Of a stretch of 64,000 bases of DNA, positions 56,290 through 64,000 are shown in pieces. Each line of letters opens with the position of its first letter. Positions within the stretch are counted from its first letter, which is position 1. The notes beneath the pieces were generated by a model. The model ran no database searches, was not told the DNA's origin, and saw nothing but the letters and a program-made list of their open reading frames with translations. The translations under genes and the position numbers were made by a program. This DNA is from Auanema rhodensis (taxonomy: Eukaryota > Animalia > Nematoda): NCBI GenBank assembly GCA_964057225.1, contig OZ059897.1, forward strand, positions 10,292,001 to 10,356,000, given 5' to 3'.

Positions 56290-59200
56290 TGTTTTGTTAT
56301 TCCTAGATGAGCTCCGAGTGTCGGATCTTCATGAAATTTCTTCATAATTGGATTAATTATGTGCTCTTCTCGTGGTAAAATTGTTCGTGGTACTTGTAGG
56401 GTTCTTTTTGGTTTTGAGTATAGTACATCGTTGTACACAATATATCTGTCCGTCAGTTGTCGTCCAGCTGTATTATTCTTTATTTTATCCATAGTTTCTT
56501 TTATCCAATTTGATTGATTCTGCACTGATCGAATATCTGCTATCGTGAAGGTGTTTATCTGATGAATAGTATCTTCCGTCGTTTTTCTTTCGTTTTTCTT
56601 CTTTGCTGGTGGTTTTGCTTCGTTGATTTCATCTTCAAAATATCGTGATAATGCGTCACATACACTATTTAATTTTCCTGGTCTGTAGATAATTTCAATA
56701 TCGTATTCTTGTAAAACAATTTGAAATTTTGCTAAACGACCTATTAAATCTTTTCTAGTCATTAAACTAGTAAGTGGTCTATGATCCGTGATAATTTTGG
56801 TTGCTGTTCCTAGTATGTAGGTGCGAAATTGTTTAACGGCGAATGTAAGAGCTAATGCTTCTACTTCTATTGGTGGATAATTCCTTTCAGCTTTGTTGAG
56901 TTTCCGACTAGCAAAAGCTATGGGGTGTAATGGTTCTTGATCGTCTTTCGCTTGAAGTAGTACAGCGCCAACTGCTATCATACTTCCATCACTTTCAATA
57001 ACATATGGTCGTTTCGGGATTGGTGCTTGTAACACAGGTGCTTGAGTCAATGTTTTCTTCAAAGTATTAAAAGCAATTTCTTCTTCTTCTGTCCATTTGA
57101 ACGGAGTGTCTTTCCGAGTGAGGTTGTAGAGTGGTGTTGCTATTCCTGCAGCGTTCTTTATGAACCTTCTGAAGTAGTTTACTACTCCCATGAAAGCTCT
57201 TACTCCTGTTGTTGATTTTGGTTGGGGATAATCTTGTATTGCCTTAATTTTATGTGGGTCCGGTTTAATTCCTTCTTGTCCAACTATGTATCCTAGAAAT
57301 TTTACTTCCTTTCTTGCGAATGCGCATTTCTTCAGTTTTATTTTGAATCCTATTTGAGTTACTGCTTCCAAGACTTCTTCAATATCTTTTAAATGTGCTG
57401 TCGTAGATTCAGAGATTAACAGTAAATCATCTAGATATACGAATAGCTTGCATTTAACCATTGATTGCAGGTATCGTACTGCGTTTTGAAAAGTATGGGG
57501 TGATCCACATAATCCCATCGGCATTCGACAATATTGATAAGTTCCACTTGTTGTTGTGAAAGCTGTAAGATGACGATCTTCTTTCTTAAGAGGTATTTGG
57601 AAAAATCCAGATACTAAATCAAAGTTGCTGAAGATCCTTGCTCCAGCGGCCAAATCTAGGATGTCCTGTATGTTTGATATGACATATACTTGTTTCTGAG
57701 TGATTGCATTCAGAGCTCGAAAGTCCGTTACAAATCTGTAAGTTTTGTCTTTCTTCTTCACCAAAATTACTGGACTAGTTGTCATTGAGTTTGATGGTTC
57801 AATGATTCTTTGTTGTAGCATTTCTTCTATTTGTTTCTCCACTTCTTCTTGTTGGGAGAGTGGTATACGATAAGTAATTTTGAATGATGGTGTTTTTCCT
57901 GGCATGATTGGAATGGAGTGTTCAATTGGTCCTAGGAAGAGTCCGATATTTCTATCTTCGTTGAGAAACGCTTGTTTATGTAGTAAAATTATTTCTTTCA
58001 GTTGCTGTTGTTCGATTTGCGAGAAGCAGGCTTCTGAGAGGTCAAGCTCATTGATGAAATTGTCTGGGAAATATGGCAGTTGTTCTTCCCATCGAGCTTC
58101 TGGAGGTATGTATTGTCCTTCGTATTTTTCTTGGTTGTCCTTTGGTATCGCTTCTGCTATCCCTATTTCTTGATTCATTTGAATTTCGAGTGGCTGTTTG
58201 CATATGTTCGTCGCGTAAATTTGTACTCCGTATCCAGTTGGCGTAAATATAGTAGGCGTGAAAGAGAGTTTGTTGCCTGGTTTCTTACAATCTAGAAACG
58301 CCTGTTCATAGCTTTCTGGATCGTGTACTTCTAGCGTGAGCGTTCTTGTTTCTCCTGGTCTTAGCGTTTTGTTTTCTAAGCTAACCACATATGCTTTCGT
58401 GGTCTGGTGTTCCCACGGAGATGTTTCTCGTGCTAGTGGAACATGTGTTGTGCCGATAACAATTGTTTTATCCAGCGGTCGAAGTGAGGTGTAAATTCCT
58501 TGTTGATGTAATGCTTCCATGAAGTCTATTCCAAGTAACACTGGTGCTGGACAGTAGTTATCTTCTGCTACATAAAATTTGTGTTCTGTTTCTGTTGTTC
58601 CTATTGTTATGAGGATCCTTGTGTATCCCATAAATGAGAATTTAGATTTATTCGCGACTATCGCTGTTGTTTGTTTTAGTACCATCGTTGCAGCGGGCAG
58701 TTGTTTGAAGGTGGATTCTCGCATGTATGATGCTGATGCTCCCGTGTCCCATAGTGCCTTAAAGATGTGATTGTGGATTGAAATTGGGACAAACGGTAAT
58801 TGTGATCCTCCTATGTAGTTTATGTTTTCTTTCTTCATGCTTGTAGGGAAATAAGCTTCATAAATGTGTTCAGGAATTGGTGCTGAAGGATCATACAATG
58901 TGAGTTGACAGCTGTTGTGATGGTTGTCGACGTATGGAGCGGACGGAGAAGGATGAGATGTTTCTGTTCTTGTGTTCTCAGTTGATAGTGGTTGTAAGTA
59001 TTCTGCTTCCCATTTGACATTGTTGATGGGTATCCTTGAACTACATGCGTATATTTTTATTATCCAGGTGGCGAGTGTGATTATGCCAATTGTTATGATG
59101 ATTGATCCAATGATAGCAAGTACGCGTAGTGTCCAGGTTTGAATCTTTTCCCATATTGGTGACAGAAAGTCAAACATTTTCCAGGTTATAGCTTCTTTTG

Positions 59201-62200
59201 TATGTTCGTAGCTGAGTAGTAAGCTGCTGGCTGCTCCTGCTGTTAGGGTAACAGGGTTCATGTTAGGAATTAATCTTTGTTTGATTACAGGTTTTATTCT
59301 TCCTGGTAAAGTAGCTTGTAGCGTTGCTAAGCTGGATCCATATGATATTGCTAGTGCCATAGGAAACGTTGATTCTGTTAGATTGTTGAAAATGTTGCTT
59401 CCATTAAACTTGATATGTTCTAGGTTGATTGATCCTAACTCGTCGATGTATGCTGGTGATGTTACATTTATTGATTGGTTATTATTAGTCCATTGATCGT
59501 TTTCTTTCCAGGGATCCTTGATTGTGAATCCGCATGGTATGGCATGTGCCATCGGTGTGAGGTCTCTTGTACCTGGTAGGATGAACAGTTGGCCGTGATG
59601 TTCCGTTTCGACTGGGGTTTCCAGAAAACACGTGCTGTTGACTTTGTGATCACGGTATGTTTTTGTAATTTGAATTGGTGTGCATGGCATTACATAAATT
59701 AGTTTATCATTTATGAATCTTGCAGATATATCCTGTCGTCGTAGCATTGTACGCATCCCTATAGTAGGATTTATTTGAAGAATAGCCCACCAGGTAAGTA
59801 GTTGTTTATTTTGTACGTGGCAGATGTTGTTTCTGTTTGTTGTGAACGTACGTATGATATCATCTTCCAGATTGGTAGTGGCATATTGTAGATGAGATTG
59901 CGTTTCTTGTTGATGAAGATGTTCATTCCATTTTTGGACGATATCGTTCTTAGCTTTAAGGTAGTCTACGTGAGCTTTCTTACCAATATGTGATGATATT
60001 TCTTCAGGTGTGCTGCGAGTGGTAGTGATAGATCTTTTTGTAGTTCTTGGAGGCGGTGACTTGGTGAGTGATTCTTTCCTATTGTATTCCTGGCTTGAGG
60101 TGATTGTGATTGGGTTTGTAGTAATATTGAATGTAGATTGGGGGGTGGAGAATGATTGTGTTGGTCGATGAGTGGTGAATATAGTTGTGGTTGTTGTAGG
60201 TGTTGTGGTTGTTGTTGATCTGAGTCTAGCAGTAGTAGAAGTAGTAGTAGTAGTAGTGGTAGTAGTAGTAGTAGTTGATGAAGACGTGGGTATTGTTGGT
60301 TTGGGTCTAGTTGTTGTGGATATATGTGTTTTGGGTGTGATTGTTGAAGTGATGACGTTCCTTATGGTTGTAGGCTTAGGGGTCGTGGTAGTGGTTGTAG
60401 TAGTAGTTTGTAGGGGGGTCGAAGTGCTTCTAATTGTGGTTGCAAAAGGTCGTGTTCCGGGAGTACTGATAAGGGGTAGATAATGATTATAAAATTTTTC
60501 ACTATCCTCTTGTGTAATGCTATAATTTGTAGGATTTCTTTTCCGGAAGCCGTAGAATATATCGTCGCCATCGAAGATAACTGTGTAGTTTGGCAGTTGT
60601 AATGGTGGTAAGTTCAGTTCTTTTTCATATTTGATCCATTTCTTCATTTCTGCTTCGTATTCTTCTTTTGAATGTAGCTTCTTCGGATTATTTATTGCGT
60701 TCAGGATAATTTTTGCTTGTGCTAGTTGTTCGTACAGTTCTAAATCGTTTCGTGTCTTGGTGAGTCTTGGTTTTCTTGGTGGCATGAGTTGATATAAGTA
60801 TTCTTCTAAAGATGGTGTTGTTTCTCCTGTAGCTAACGTAGTAGGTATTTCCGCAAGTGAGTAAGCAATTTCTTTCGCGATTTCATAGTAGTCTCCTGTT
60901 TTGGTTGGTAGTATCTTCTTAAAATCCTTAATTGTGATCCGTTTGCTAAGTTTATGCGTAAGTTCCTTATACGATAGATTATCGATCGCGATTTTTGTTG
61001 CTTCTCTTATTTCTGCTTCTCCTAGGGCGTGTAGAATGGCTATGTTGACGTCTTCATATTTGTGCCATATAAGACGATTTTTGATAACATCAAAATTTAT
61101 ACCTAGGTATTTGAAGATTGCGATATACTTAGGTAACATATTTGTTATGTTATTGAGATTGTAATGGATGTCAAGTCTTTTCCGTTGAATATAGGTTGTA
61201 TATAGTAGAATAGTTCCGGTTTTGCTGGCTGAATATCTTAGCGAGGGGTATTGATGAACTGTCAAGAATCCTTTAGGGTATTCCGTGATTGCGTGTCTTC
61301 TTGATCGTCCTAAGCTTGAGGTTGAGTTGAAGGAGATTAGAGTTCCACTATTTGTAGTAAATATATCTTTTTGTAAGCATGAGGAGGCTTCTTTTTCCGG
61401 TGTTTTATTGTTTAGAATAAAAGCACTTTGAATTCCGGGAATCAATATGGTGTCTTCTGATATAAAAACTTCGTGAGAGCCTAATGAAGTGTACGAGCAA
61501 CTATGTTTTTCTGATGGTGGGGTCCATATGATGAGAGCGTTGTTGGTTAGGCATTGTCCTTTGTCACTGGTGCATCCGTTGTCGTTTATGAATATATCTG
61601 AGAGTACTGTATTGTCTTGTAGGCTGGTCATGTGTCCTCGTTCAGCTATGAATCTGGTACGTTGTTCGCATTCCTGTTTCCATATACCATTAGTAATGGT
61701 TGTCTCTGGGAATGGAGTTCCATAGAGTCCTGGTGCTTCTCTTTGAAGGTTGGTACCGTTGAATATTCTTTCTTTAATAGCTGACGAACATTCTTGCAGT
61801 GTTGTTGGTGAAACTTTTGCTAGTGAGACATTAGTTTCTCTGATGAAGAAAACGTCGTGAATGCAGAGTTGGTAAGTTTCAATTGCACATTTCCATGCTT
61901 CCCATTCTTTTGGTTGTAGGTTTTGGATGAACAATTCTGCTGTTGTCTTCTGGATATGGTTATTAGTTGGTGCGATGGATCGGCAAGCTGTTGGAGATGG
62001 CGGCTCGACATATATTCCTCCTCTGTTTCCTGTGCATAACTGGTACGTTGTTTCTGCACTGCATGTGTTTATAATGAGTGCGATAATTGTGATAAAGAGG
62101 GGTAGGAATGGTGTTGATTTTCTTTTGTTGTTCGGTACTTCGTTTTCCGTGACGTTGTTGACTTGAAAACGTACTCCTGGGCTCTGTGTGCGTTCTCTAT

Positions 62201-63821
62201 ACCGTTCCGGTCCATTGGAGGTGCTGCGCGGGCGACTTCTATAATTGTTGTATTGGCTTCGATTGTATTGAGAGGGGTATTGTTCGTGATTATTTGATTG
62301 TCGCCGGTTGTTGTGTCCGCTATAGTTTTGGTCGCGGTTTCGATAGTATGGTCTTTCTTGGCTTCTGTTCCGTGATCTGTCGAAGTAGTTTTGTCTTGAT
62401 CCCTTATTTTGAGAGAATCGTGAGTTATGGTTCCTGTATTGGTGTTGATGAGGCCGATATTGGTTGTTGTATCTGTCCGGATATCGGTTGTGTGGTTTGC
62501 CATTGCCATTATACATCGGTTTGGTTCCTTTGAATTCCTTAGATTCGTTTCTCTGGTATTGATTGTTGTCCTTTGAGTCTCGAATGTTGAGGTTGTTGAA
62601 CGACTTCTCCATATTGTTGACGAACGATGGTGGTCTATTTTGTATAAAGAGTTCTTCTCGTAAGGCCATTTCGTAAGCTTCCTCAAAGTTTGGTGGGTCT
62701 AGACGGCTAACGTGTTCGCTTATTTCGGGTCTTAGTCCCCAGGTGAAGGTGGATCGGAGCATGTTAAGCTCACTTTCGTTGTTCATGTCCATAGCCGAGT
62801 AGGCTTCGTTAGAACATCTTGTTGCAAAGCTTTGTACCGATTCCGTTGGTAACTGTTTCAAGCCATGTAGGCGGTGCATTGCTCGTTCTCTCTGTTTTTT
62901 CGGTGTGATCATTTCTGAGAGTCGCTTCTTGACATGGTCCCATCCGAGTCGCTTATCTTCGGTTGTGAGTTTTCTGTACGCTTCTCTTGCTCGATCATCT
63001 TCTAGCAATAATTGTATGCTTTGAAGACGTTCGGGCATAGTTGTTCTTGTAGCGTTGAAGTGTTCATCTAGGTATAGTAGATAGCGGTTGAATGGTGTTT
63101 TTCCATCGTAGCGTGGAGCTTTTATATCGCGTATGGCGGACGGAATCGCTGCTGGTTGAGGGATGATTGTAGGTGTTGGAACAGGTGCCCTTCCCGAGGT
63201 TTGCGTAAGTGGTGCGCCTTCGTCCATTGGGTCCATTCTTGGGTTAATTCTCTTGTTTTCTGCAACAAAAGTATTTGCTTGATTAGTTTGCGATGGAAGA
63301 GACGGAGATAGAGAATGCCCGGATGTAGAATGATCAATGGATGAAGGTGAGTTTCGTAGAGGTGGGGATGAGCTTACTGCGGGTGTGGTTGAAGAAAGTG
63401 CGGGCGTAGGTGATTTTTGTGTGGTTGGTGTATTGCTTCTTCTAGGGGTGGCTATTAAAGGATTGATTGGGTTGATTGTATTTGGTATGGTGTTGGTTGG
63501 GGGGTTTTGAGGGTTCCCTTTGCTTGCTATGTTTTTAGGAATAGGTTTAATGTTTGGGATAATTTTCTTTTCTAAGGTGTTTCTTTCGACTATGTCTGTT
63601 TTTTGTTTCTTCGTTTTTTCATGTGATTTGGGATTGGTGAATTGTTTTTGAATGCCGCGATGTCTTGGGGTATGTATTACCATTGACTTTGTTTTAATGC
63701 TTAACTTCGCTTGTTTTGCAGAGGGGGGAGAATATGTTGCGGGCGGTTGTCTTTTTCTTCTTATAATATTTGAAGTGGCAGCAGGGTCCAGCGGAGGTTT
63801 TGGACCAGTATTGGGCAGCAT
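56290..63821 (-). CDS. Gag-Env-PR-RT-RNaseH-IN(N-term) polyprotein of element D
   Basis: Single frame: P/S/T-rich N-terminus, capsid-like PRYDG..F..GLRPEI, N/Q/R/Y-rich region, signal peptide (~62055-62110), Cys-rich ectodomain with RSRR and Thr-rich region, TM (~59045-59136), ALWDTGAS protease (~58745), YLDD RT, RNase H, HLG. First ATG is 63821. Confidence 0.93.
59040..62110 (-). other. Envelope-like type I glycoprotein embedded between Gag and protease (~1020 aa)
   Basis: Signal peptide, conserved Cys, several N-x-S/T sequons, furin-type site, mucin-like tract, ICHVQN..INPT.G.R..L.R.DI.ARF, CFLETPV..LPGT..IPC, TM anchor. Confidence 0.8.
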
Positions 63822-64000
63822 CGTTGGTATCCTGTAAGGAAATTTGTTATATCCAACGTGTGCCAAAATAATTTTATATATAGAAAAACGTAAAGAATAA
63901 TGTTGGGTTTGTGTGCGCGATTCTTATGAAGGTAGCTAGTCTTGCAAGTAATCTCTTTACCAATATAGCTCGTCCGGGTCTAACACAGGTTTGAAACTAG

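Larger units (their letters stand above)
53157..64000 (-). mobile_element. Ty3/Gypsy element D with gag-env-pro-pol polyprotein and accessory ORF; 5' LTR outside window
   Basis: The array unit stops at CATGTTAG|; then LTR, hairpin/PPT, ORF2 and ~9.2 kb of polyprotein coding region. Confidence 0.94.

Noticed and set aside
60172-60483. Val-rich hydrophobic ORF on + strand
   Set aside because: Antisense shadow of the Thr-rich mucin-like tract.
164-63837. Numerous 60-205 aa ORFs overlapping the polyproteins (e.g. 6795-7349, 21058-21480, 62069-62686)
   Set aside because: Antisense or alternate-frame shadows with no motifs and no conservation between homologous elements.

Overview
Eukaryotic, very probably nematode, DNA: the tRNA-His closely matches the C. 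elegans type as I recall it and has a gene-encoded G-1. The backbone is a tandem array of 330/332-bp units, each carrying one tRNA-His(GUG) gene (81 full copies counted by hand, in three segments: 9300-15679, 24028-42762, 51586-53156). Five LTR retroelements are present, four at array junctions and one nested in another element. (A) 3' part of a Ty3/Gypsy element (+, <1-5140), inserted into (B), a minus-strand Gypsy element (5141-9299). (BEL) A complete BEL/Pao element with identical LTRs and a phlebovirus-Gc-like (class II) env (15680-24027), inserted at the 5' boundary of a tRNA gene. (C) A complete but internally deleted Gypsy element with identical LTRs (42763-51585). (D) A near-intact minus-strand Gypsy element (53157->64000). 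The main signal is the Gypsy architecture: one polyprotein ordered Gag, internal signal peptide, Cys-rich gB/chuvirus-like glycoprotein, TM, protease, RT, RNase H, integrase, so env lies between gag and pol. These elements also show LTRs ending in CG, tRNA-Gln primer sites (B, C), a prion-like Gag C-terminus with no zinc knuckle, and in A and D a conserved module in the integrase tail plus a homologous TATA-preceded accessory ORF after pol. Domain calls are from motif recognition by eye; no searches were run.
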